Source of the DNA: Macrostomum lignano
Taxonomy: Eukaryota
DNA length: 64,000 bases
Direction of reading: 5' to 3'
Assembly (NCBI GenBank): GCA_002269645.1
Contig: NIVC01003331.1
Coordinates: forward strand, 1 to 64,000
The notes beneath the pieces are model-generated. The model did not search any database. It was not told where the DNA came from and was given only the letters and a program-made list of their open reading frames with translations. Below are positions 15,700 to 26,157 of the stretch, in pieces; position 1 is the first letter of the stretch, and each line of letters begins with the position of its first letter. Both the position numbers and the translations under genes were made by a program.

Positions 15700-16275
15700 A
15701 AAGCTTTAATTAAAAAAATTATACTCTACGAAAATTCGAACCATCGTCGCTGCATTTAGCAGTTCAGTTTGTTCACCTCTAGGCTAGCTCTCATCGTTTT
15801 GATAACATCAAATTTTGCACTTATATAATTCAAAACTTGAAAATCCAAGCATAGAGTAAATCACACGAAGCAGTTATGACATAATCAGTTTCTCAGTCAG
15901 TCAGTATCAGTTAACAATATGGTTACGCAATTTAAATCAAGTCTGGTGCTACGCTTCCACACTGCATTTTCAATTCAAGTCGGAGTTACAATTCAGTTAT
16001 GATGCAATCTATTTCAGAATCAGAATTCAACCAGTCAGTTTTTTCTCTAGCATTCTTACAATGCATTTCAAGTCGAAAAGTTTGCTTGACCTTTGCAAAA
16101 AAGCATGTTTTTCGAATATTTAATGCTTTTAGCATCGAGCAATTTCTTAGCCACGATGCATGTACCGTCACGGGAAAATTTCTGATCGAACAGTGCAAGT
16201 TTGAACAAAATCGGTCCAGCCATTTTTTCTCTAATCGATCACATAGACACAGACAGACCATTTTTAGTATATAGA
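15700..16275 (-). mobile_element. Non-autonomous Helitron-like element; 5-prime end at 16275, 3-prime end not defined
   Basis: The minus strand reads A|TCTATATACTAAAAATGGTCTGTCTGTG (TC start after A, followed by a CTGT microsatellite), as in animal Helitron-N families. It also carries a tttgaacaaaatcggtccagcc motif typical of such elements. It shares cagtcagtcagta..ttaacaa..gcaat.taaatcaa with 17770-17830. Confidence 0.5.
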
Positions 16276-16279
16276 TAGA

Positions 16280-17692
16280 GTGGAACTCCTCCTTCGGAGG
16301 AGAAAGGGGAAGAACTCCCATCACCGGAATTCCATTTCCTGAAATATCCATCAACTGAAATTCCATGCCTTGAACCCTATCTTCCAAATCGTCTCCAAAT
16401 TCTTTACAAAACCTTTAAAAGACCATAGCTCAAAGACTCTCACGTCTATCATATCTCCTCTCTACTCTCTTCGCTATTATCGTGACTCTCTTCTCTCTTC
16501 TCTCTCATATCTTATCTCTACCCCTACTCCCTTATTTATCTCTTCTCCCTCGTCTTTCGTCTGTACCCTCTCCTGTCTCCTGTCTCCTCTCTTCTCTCTT
16601 ATCTCTCCCTCTTCTCTTCTCTCTCATATATCATCTCTACTCACTTATCTATCGTCTCTCTTAACCCTCTCTCTCTCTTCTCTTTTCTCTTCTCTCAGCT
16701 CTCATTTCTCATATCTCAAATACGCTCTCACACTCTACTTTCTTGTCTCCCATCTTTCTTTCCTTCTTTCCACTATCCCCTGTCTCTTCTCTTCTCTCTT
16801 TTCTATCCTCTCCATTCTCTCTTTTCTCCTCTCCTTGCTCCTTTCATCTTCTCCCTCTCTTCTCTAATCTCTAATCTCTAATCTCTTCTCTCTTATGTTC
16901 TCACGCATCTCTTCTCATCGCATCTCTCATCTCTCCTCTCCGCACTACTTTCCTCTCTTAACTCTCTCATCTATGATCTTTCATCTCTCTCCTCTCTCCT
17001 CTCTCTCTTCTCCTTTCGCTTCTCTCTCCTTTCTCCCCTCTTTTCTCCTCTCTTCTCTCTCCTCTCTCCCCTGCTCTCTCATCCCTCATCCCCTCATCTC
17101 ACTCTTTCTTTCTCCTCTACTCTTCCCTCTCTTCTATTTCCTCTGTACGCTCTTATCCCTCATCTATTCTCTCTCCTATTATCTCTCTTGTATCCCTTTG
17201 CTATCTCATATCTCCCCTCTCATCTCCTCTCTCCTCTTCTCTTCTCTCTCCTTCGTTCCCGCCTTACTCCCCTTTTTTCTCCCATCTGTCATGTCTAATC
17301 TCTCCACTCATTTCTACTCTGTTTTCTATCATCTCATCTCTCTTCTCTTTTCATTCTTCTCTTTACTCTCTTCTCTAACTGATTGAAGATGCCAAATCCA
17401 TCAAGATCCTCTCCGCGCGAAGCAGAAATCCTGTCCGTGCAACTGAAAACCATCGAAATCCTCTCCGTGAAACTGGACTCCTTCGAAATCCTCTCCTTGA
17501 AACTTAAATCCATCAAAATGGTCTCCATAAAACAGAAATCAATCATAAATTATCTCCACGAAACAGAAATTCTCTCCGTCAAAATTAAAACATTGAAATC
17601 GTCTCCGCTAAACTGGACTCAATCGAATTTTTTCCGTCAAACAACTCAACTCCGGATTCATTGGTTAGGGTTAGGGTTAGGGTTAGGGTTAG
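16280..17692. repeat. Composite repeat element: perfect hairpin, ~1-kb C/T-rich tract, gaaatcctctccgtgaaact sub-repeats and (TTAGGG)4
   Basis: Hairpin CTCCTCC-TTC-GGAGGAG at 16286-16302. Pyrimidine tract at ~16440-17380. Sub-repeats at ~17420-17640. GG(TTAGGG)4TTAG at 17663-17692. Confidence 0.65.
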
Positions 17693-17699
17693 AACTACG

Positions 17700-19024
17700 C
17701 ACAGGTTTGTGTTAAAAGGCACTGATAAGAATATTGAACTAATTGAATCAATTCATTGCGCAACCGATTTCACAGTCAGTCAGTACCAGTCTCAGTTAAA
17801 GTTAACAAAAACATTGCGCAATCTAAATCAACCCTCCAATACACAGCAGCAGTGAGAAGTTGAACCCTCCCCCCAACTTTATCTATTACGTCTCGCAAAA
17901 CTGAGTACAATCTTTGCAGAAAGTTAAAAGTATGGAAATAGTTTTTCAAATGCTGTGCTTTTTCTTTTCATATTTAAAGCAAACAACTTATATCCCCGAA
18001 CTCAGCGTTGCAAGATCTTTCCAGCAATATAAGTTTCTCTTCTCAAAGTTTAAAACTCGAGGAACAGTTAGCGTTTGAAATTTACCGATTTCCCAACTGC
18101 TTGCTAGAGAAGCTCGCAAGTTTATTCATTGAAATTCACTGCCCAGCTAATACACAGGGCCGATAATAAAACCAATTGAATCTCGGCACAGTTCTATCTG
18201 TTTACAACAGCTATGTACACTCAGCCCAAGCCCAACCCCCCGTTCCGGGGGAATCATTAAATTTAACTCAACCCCTCAACTCGCGGGGTTTTATTTGCAT
18301 TGAACGCAGAACACGCGCACCCACCACCCCTCAATACACAGCGGCCCGCGAGCGGAGGTTGGGGTGGCTATTTTTACAAACTGGCTGAAGCCCCAGGCAG
18401 AGTAGCAAAAGAAGGTTATTGGGGGTCAAAAAGGCAGTTTTCTGCTTTTTTTGAGGATCTTAGAAATTAAAATTTCAGAATTAAAATAGCCTATAGCCGA
18501 CCTCGGATAATTTCCAATCTTCCCAACCTTAAAGCAGAAATTAAGGTGCAAGTTTTCCCGTTTCTTACTTGCAGAGCGCAATGTACACTCTGTGATGAGT
18601 TAAAAAATCAAGCCATCCATTCTCGCGCAGTGTGCACCTCCACCCCTTTTTAACACTGAGCAAGTAGGCCGCCAATTCTCAAGTGCCGGCGACCCTCCCC
18701 CAGCTGAAATGAAATACACTGCAGAGATAGGAGAAAAGTTGTGGCGCAACCATACAAAATAGCGTCAAGTGGGAAGTCCATGGAATGCGATATATAGACA
18801 TCTGGTCTGGCTGTCTGGTTTGTGCTGTTTTCTGCTTTTTTGAAGCACTTAAAATTGAAATTTGAAAATGAATTTTAAATTGTAGCATCGTCGGGACATT
18901 TGACATGTTTTGGTACCGGTTTGAAAGTTGAGTTGCAAGAATCCTAGGAGGAGATCGTCGACAAACCCGGCCCACCGGCCCACCCTACCACCGGACCACG
19001 ACGTCAGCTTTAGTATATAGAGGA
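17700..19024 (-). mobile_element. Second non-autonomous Helitron-like element; 5-prime end at 19024
   Basis: The minus strand reads A|TCCTCTATATACTAAAGCTGACG, followed by short ccggcccacc repeats and a ctaggaggagatcg motif. The left part is similar to the 15.7-16.3-kb element. The left boundary is approximate. Confidence 0.45.
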
Positions 19025-19499
19025 TTCGAAATGCTCTTATAACAGTTATGGTCTAATTTCAGACTGAAATTTTGATTGTTGTCACAGTGGAAACAATTCT
19101 TTTACTGTGCAACTTGCACATTTAATGACAGGCACAAAGGCAGGTTTATGAGTTCCAGTGGGACAAGACATGGCGGTGAATAAAATAAAGTGGAGGCCTT
19201 GCTGTGTACACTTTTGGTTTTGCTATGTACACCATTGCATGCTGTTTATTGTAGATCATTGCAGACTGTTTATTCCTTTACAACAGTTTATTCTGTGTTT
19301 ATTAGACTGTTTATTCAATGACACAGTTCCAAAGCTACTTTACTTTGTTGCACCAGTTTTAAGAACAATTCACAAGCACTTTCTTTTGTGTGACTCTGTT
19401 TTTTTTCAAATTGATCCTTGGACATTTTTCTTAACAATTGATAAGCAAAACAGTGCAAAATGACTATGTGTGATTGCAGTGGTTTGCAGGTTGCTCATT

Positions 19500-19990
19500 A
19501 GTTTAGTTGCACGCTTAGAGTGCTAGGGTGCTCATTGATCAAGAATTTCTAGCCAAAGTATATGCTAGACTGCCAGAAGTCCAATGGACATATCCGTTAA
19601 AAGTCACAATGGTCGTTTAGATAGTTGGGATGGTGCAGGAAGTATAGTCAGTGCAACAAGGAGTCTCACATTGCTCATTGGTAAGGCTTGATCAAGAATT
19701 TCTAGCCAAAGTATATGCTAGACTGCTAGAAATCCAATGGATACATCCGTTGAAGGTCCCGATAGTTGTCCAGATGGTCGGGATGGTGCAGGAAGTATAG
19801 TGAGTGCGACAGGTAGTGTCATGTTGCTCATTGGTGAGGCTTGATCAAGAATTTCTAGCCAAAGTATATGCTAGACTGCTAGAAGTCCAATGGACATATC
19901 TGTTGAAGGTCCCAATGGTCATCCAGATGGTCAGGATGGTACAGGAAGTATAGTGAGTGCAATTAGTTGTAGGATGCTTATTGACAAGAT
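19500..19990. repeat. ~152-bp tandem repeat, 3 copies
   Basis: gatcaagaatttctagccaaagtatatgctagactg at ~19537, ~19690 and ~19842. Confidence 0.9.
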
Positions 19991-20235
19991 TTCATAATAA
20001 ATATTTGACCAATTTTTTTTCGGATCTTAAATTCCGATGATGTCAGAATATGCTCATTGAATCTCCTGACAATGGTTAACTGTCAGATGCCAGAGACAGC
20101 CAAGGGACTCGCCAGCCGCAAATGCACTGGAGCTCAAGTCGGTGAGGGTCAGTTGGTCAGTCGGTAAATTATTTATTTATAATTAGTATGTATTCTTAAA
20201 TCACTTGGCCCTGTGGCAGAACCTAAGCTGGCGCA

Positions 20236-20680
20236 CTATATAGACAAAAGCAGCATGTAATGATGTTCTGCAATGTGAGCCACCAGTAGAGGACCACTGG
20301 TTGGCTTTGTCTGCAATGGTTCAATAACTCTCTATAGATGGCTTTGATGCGGCATGCAAGTTCTTGACTTTTTCAATGCAGTGGGTAGGAAAATATGAAT
20401 TTCACACTTTAATATATGGCTAGTAGACAGTACTACAATATTCTCAACGTAGGAAGTTGGCTTTCGCATGTTGTCCAGGTAGGTAATCAGATTCATGCCA
20501 GATTCGTTGAAGTCTTTAGAAACTTTAAAAAATTCTGGGTTTATTAGTTTGGTGCATGCCAAAGTGTGGAGTCTTATAGGGTCCTTATAGGGAAAGCAGT
20601 TGGCAAATAGAGTCAAAAAAGCAATTGCTATCAGCAGCAGCATCACCCAAGATGCACCCTAGCCTCTTGCCAATTAAGCG
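20236..20680 (-). pseudogene. OTU-like cysteine protease domain at the C-terminus of the pogo transposase pseudogene
   Basis: GDAAADSNCFFDSICQLL (Cys loop), then a 1-nt frameshift, then DPIRLHTLAC..NPEFFK..YLDNMRKPTSYVENIVVLSTSHILKCEIHIF, one in-frame stop, and LLVAHIAEHHYMLL (His motif). Confidence 0.75.
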
Positions 20681-22543
20681 CAGTTTAGATTTTGCATTCT
20701 GCAATTCAGCCACTGGATTGAGACTTCTAATCTGGGCCATCTTCTGTAGCTGCCACTGCTGTGCTGCTGTGGCCTTGTTTTTTTTCATTTCAGCTAGCAC
20801 TCCTTGGCATTTTAATTGTGCCAATTGTCGATTTCTCGCTTTTGGATTTCTCTTTGACAAAGAACTTCCAGAAACTTTGGGCTGGTCAATTTAGGCATGC
20901 CCGCTTCCCTCGCAATTGAAGGCCGCTGTCGCTTAGGCTGATTAGCTTTTGGCTTAGGCTACAACATTTCAAGATGGTTGTATTGGTGAGCCACTGAACG
21001 TAAAATTTCAAGTGTTGAATTCGGTGAAGACTTTAGAGTCAGAGAGATAGCACTTTGATCGGCATCTAAATCAATGCTAGTGGTGCTCACTAAGCAGCTC
21101 GGTGCCTCGCCATCACCTTAGACAGCTGAGGTGACATTGCTGCTTGGCACCTCGCCATCGCCTTGGACAGCCAAGGTGGCATTGCCGCTCGATGCCTTGC
21201 CATGGCCTTGGGCAGTCATTGTCGCAGTTGCACCCACTTGCTGGCTGGCCAAACTGGAGGCAACATACAACTTGTCATATAATAAGGCTTCTAGGTTGAA
21301 TGGAAAGAGGCCACACACTCGAAACCCAGACTTTACATTGGTAATGGAGATTGACTCAGCCAAAGAAGACAAAAACAGTTGTATAAAGTCCATATTACAC
21401 AGAACTCCAGCTGAATCTAGCCTCGCTTGCTGCGCAATGAGATTGTTCCAAGCAGCCTTAACTGATCAAAAGACTGCAACATCCAAAGGCTGCATTACAT
21501 GCATTGTGTTTGGGACTTGGCCAAAAATGTAGACCTGTTTAATAATTTCAGAATTAATAAATATCTATGAATTGTCAACTGATAGAAGAAAAGATAAAGG
21601 GATTATCAATTAAAACAAGATATACAATACCTGATAGAAAGATCAGAATGAAACAAAATATACTAGCTAGTTTTTTTTACTTTTCAGGAACTCATATAAT
21701 TAGATAGATTACAGTTAAAGCCTGTTTACATTTTCCTTGCTTAGCAGCTCCAACATCTAAGCATTATGTTGCAAATTGTAATTATTGCAAAATAAAATCA
21801 CAGGTCTTCTGATTTTTTTCTACTCTAGGTAGGATAGGAATGTCTCCATGACCCACTTCCAAAACGACTCCCTGGTCAACCAACCTTTCTTTGTCATGGA
21901 ATAGTTGTAAATGTCCGCAACATTATGTCTCTTTCCTGCAAAAACAAAATGCGGTGGCAGCATAGATCACAAGCCTGGATTGTAACCATGATGGTAGCAT
22001 TTTCTTTTCTACTGTCTTAGTGTAAACAAATTTGGATCCCTTTCTAACAACTACTTTGCGGGACTTTCTAGCAAAGTAAGCGGCTGAAGTATCTGCTTCT
22101 TAGTGACTAAATATTGGGTGTAGTTGATCGGTTGAGGTGTCCAGATTGACAGGACACTCTGGTGGCACACAAAGAAGCAGTTTAGCCAACCTTCTGTCAT
22201 CGTCACTTTTTTTACAGTTTTTAAACTGATCTGAGTTGTCACTAAAAGCAGAAATTTTCTTTAGGGCTAGAGAGGCCATCTCCAGGACCTGTACTCTAGT
22301 CATTGGGATATGCTGCCTTTGCATTGCTAATGTCTCAACAAAGACAGCTTCCTCTTTGACTGTGAAAACCTGTTTCTGTGAATTAAAAGGCTTTTGGGGT
22401 TTGTTAGATGAAACCTTCCTTATGTGATAAAGCAAAATTTGATGAAAAACACCAAATCGCTGCACAATGCTCCTATAACTTAACTTTTCACCTGCTTCAA
22501 GGAATGTAATAACAACCTGCACAGCTTCATCAAGGTCCTTCAC
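20236..22543 (-). pseudogene. Decayed pogo/Fot1-type (CENP-B HTH + DDE_1) transposase with one intron and a C-terminal OTU-like domain
   Basis: HTH_psq/Tc5-like N-terminus (LSYRSIVQRFGV..FTVKEE..MTRVQVLEMA). GWLNCF..H and KVVVRKGSK follow, then KENATIMVTIQAC/LPPHFVFAGKR, KKGWLTRESFWKW and RPVILF. After intron 21729-21535 come VPNTMHVMQPLDVAVF*SVKAAW and NVKSGFRVCGLFPFN. Many stops and frameshifts are present, plus an apparent deletion before the first catalytic Asp. Confidence 0.88.
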
Positions 22544-22619
22544 TCAAGATCTTACCTGATTTTAGCCATTAGCCTAGTCTTAAACAAAATTCTAACAGGT
22601 AGACAAAGTATACAGGAAA

Positions 22620-23000
22620 AAATATGCTAAGAAGTAAGCAAAGTAGATAAAGTAGAATAGGCAGTTTAGGTAGGCAAAGTAGATTTAGTAGACAAGGCTA
22701 GTTAAATAGTCAAAGCAGTTTATTTAGATAATACAGTAAGTTATTGTAAATAGGCAAAGTATGAGTAGGTTAAGTAGACAAGGTTGGTTAAGTAAGCAAA
22801 GTAGGTTAAATAGACAAGGTTGTTAAGTAAGCAAAGTAGGTTGTAGATAAGGTTGGTTAATTATAGACAAAATAGTTTATTTAAATAGTACAGTATGTTA
22901 AGTAGGCAAGACAGTCTACATAGGTAGGCAAAGTAGGTTGGGGAGAAAAGGTAGGTTATTTAGGTTAAGTAGGCAAAGTACTCTAAGTTGACAATGTAGC
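22620..23000. repeat. Degenerate short purine-rich repeats (taggcaaagtagg-like) upstream of the transposase, possibly subterminal repeats
   Basis: Recurrent gcaaagtagg, gacaaggtt and taggttaag words. Confidence 0.5.
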
Positions 23001-23332
23001 AAAAGTAAAATATGAGTATAAGTATACAAGCCAGCAAAATTGACTTAACAATGTTTGAAGTGACCTCCAAAAACTTTCAGATTAGCAGTTGCAAAAATGG
23101 TTCGAATGCTGTTGATTTAATGTTTAGAAGGTTTAAGAAAAAAACTAAGTATATCTTATTGCTGGATACATATAGCCAAAGATACTCGCTACAAACTTCC
23201 GGCGCTATTGTTAAAGAGCGAATAAGAATCCTAGGAATGCGCCGCAAGAGTTTCTATTCATTGGCAGTCCGTCGGTGTAAATACAGTGAAAAAACCACTG
23301 CTGTCGCTGTATGCACTAGCTGCTATTAAGAT

Positions 23333-23695
23333 GGCTATTTCTCTGCCTTTGCATATCTTGAAAGCCGATTGACTTACTTAAAGAATTCTTTCTACATCAT
23401 ACATGTATCAGTGTGGTTTAGTAGCCTGTAGAAATTTAGCCGCTAATCTGCTGATCCAGCTTGGCAAATTTGGGTTGGATTTGTTGACTTTCTCCTATCT
23501 AAATACACTATAAGATGGCTCTATTTCTCCACCTTTGCTTATCTTGGAAGCCAATTGACTTACCTAAACAATTATTTCTGCATCATACATGTATCAGTGT
23601 GGTCTAGTAGCCTGTAGAAATTTAGCCTCTAATCTGCTGATCTGGCTTGGCAAATTTGGGTTGAATTTGTTGACTTGTTCCTAACTAGACTCACA
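23333..23695. repeat. ~183-bp direct duplication
   Basis: gatggct..catcatacatgtatcagtgtggt..gtagcctgtagaaatttagc..cttggcaaatttgggttg occurs twice, at ~23333 and ~23514. Confidence 0.85.
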
Positions 23696-24727
23696 GCTGC
23701 TTACTCCTCTACTTTTCTTTTTGTATAAGTATTAGTGCAATAAATTAATAGTAGTTTCAATAAACTACTTAATTCATGCTGCAGAGCTAGCCATCAGGTG
23801 TTTAGAAGGCTTTATGTAAACACAGTTTTTTGGATGAAAAGGTCAAACATATTTTTCCCCCATTTTAGTGAGATATTTTTTTCTGTTTCAAATAGCTGGT
23901 TGAAAGGCAAACCATGCTCTATAAAATGTTATGTTTTTGACAGATTTTAGTTTACTCTTTTAATTGTATATTCTATTTTTTAATTATGCTTCTCCAACAA
24001 GTAGATAAAGCAAATACATTTTTGGCAAAAATGACAATAGTATAGTAAAATGAGAGTATTTTATGCTACTCTTGATTTTCAAATAGAAGTAGGCCTACTT
24101 GTACATTATCACTCATATTGAACTTGAAATCAATAGAAATTATAAATGATAATGCCTATAACCTCAACTCTTGCAGATTTATGAGCCTACTCGTACCTAT
24201 ATAACTAACTCTACTGGCAGAATTGAGAGGTCTAGAAACTTCTGGAGAAACACATGACCAGAAATGTGTGCCATCATGCTTCTTTACAATTACATTGAAA
24301 ACTTGCAGATGCGCACTTTAGAAAAGGAATCAAATTATTTTACCGCATTTTAGGATTATTAGAAATCATTTTTTACAATGTTTTCCTATAGGGCATGTGC
24401 CTGCATGTGAAAAGATATTATTAAGGCTAACAAACATCAAACAGCATTGCAAATTCTCTAAAAAGAAGCTCAAATCATAGATAGGTAGTACAAGTATTGT
24501 AATATACCAGTTTACCACCATTTTTGTTCCTATTCTTCTCTTATTTCTATAATAAAAACTTGAACTTGCACTTCAGCTTATTTTCTTATATCAATAGTCT
24601 ATGTTCTAGATCATCAGAAATGTTTGTCAAGTACAAAGACTTCCTTGATCAAGTAACAAATAAGTTAAATAATCTGGAATATTATATTGGCTGGAATGGG
24701 GTGAAATAGGGTATAAATAAGGTTGCT

Positions 24728-24795
24728 GACATGGTGGCTCTTTAATGTTTGACATGGTGGCTCTTCTATGTTTGACATGGTGGCTCTTTAATATT
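24728..24795. repeat. ~23-bp tandem repeat, 3 copies
   Basis: gacatggtggctctt repeated three times. Confidence 0.8.
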
Positions 24796-26100
24796 CTGAG
24801 GCTGATAATAGCCTGAGGATGATAGAGTCATCTAAAGCAGATAGACAAGTTGTGTGTATGCCTACACACATATCCATGTATGTTTGTGAAGAGTAAGCTA
24901 AGGAGTAAATGGAATAGGCAGAATTGCCTTTTCACTGTTTGTGGAATGATCTTTTCAAAGGCCTTGTGCCATGGTGCCTATAATCCTCCTGCAAATATTT
25001 AAAAAAATTACTAGATCACCATTTGCTCCAATTCAAGACCTGACAGACCTCGAACACAAGCTTTTTTAGTGGCATTTTTATATGCTTGTTTTTCCTTGGC
25101 ACTCAGATGCTTAAATGCTTCACTTAAGAAGGCTATTCTTTGCTTTGAAAAATTATTTGAAAGATAAATATACAAGCATATTCCATACCAAAAGCATTCA
25201 CAATGCTAAAGCAAATCTTACTAGCTGATCTTACTAGTGACACTTATTGGCTCCCTTGGCCTTGATAAACATAGACTAGGCATTGACTTTTCTTTTGTGG
25301 TGACTGCAAATGCCTTTCATTTTGTTAACTATATTCAATATTAATTGATGTCCCTAAAAATATTCATTAAGCTATAACCAATTATAAATAAATTTCTTAA
25401 TACATAAAATGGGCTCATATGACAATATATATCATTCTTCACAATTTTGACAATGATTATTTTTTAACTTGTTGATAGATATAGATATGGTAATATCACA
25501 CTTAATTAAACAAATGTAGCATGACAAGTAGAAGGGGGAGGTTGAAAAGGAGGGAGGCTAATAGATTAGAAAGTGGGTAGATAGGAAAACAGGTGGATGG
25601 GAAAGTGGGTGGATGGGAAAGTAGGTGGATGGGAAGATAGGTAGAGGGGAAAGTGGGTGGATAGGAAAGCAGGTATAAGGCAAGGTGGGTGAATGGGAAG
25701 CAGGGTGTAAGGCAGCAGGACTGGATTAGCAAAGGGTGAGGCATTAAGGCTAGATTAGCAAGGATAGGACAACAAGACTAGATTAGCAAGGGTGGTTAAT
25801 AGGGCTAGCAAGGTAGAGTATTAGGACCAAATTAGCTTGTTGGAATTAGATAAATTATAGAATGAATAGATAGATAGAAATATTCATTGTAAAATTATTA
25901 TACTCGGCTATCAATAGGCCTAGCTATAACAGACATATAACTAGGCCTATATACAGCTCAAATAATTATAGCTATATTTATTTTTTATGGCTGTAGGCTA
26001 GTTTAAGATATTTATAAAATCAAATATAGCTAGGCCTAAAGCTAAAGTATGAATAAAATAGCTAGTATAACATGGGTCTAGATTGTAGCTAGGCTTATGG

Positions 26101-26102
<2 letters not shown>

Positions 26103-26152
<50 letters not shown>
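26103..26152. repeat. (AT)n microsatellite
   Basis: About 25 AT units. Confidence 0.95.

Positions 26153-26157
<5 letters not shown>

Noticed and set aside
16370-17386. Leu/Ser-rich ORFs (165 and 163 aa) and similar ORFs at 40605-41004 and 57269-57552
   Set aside because: Artefacts of stop-poor pyrimidine or purine tracts.
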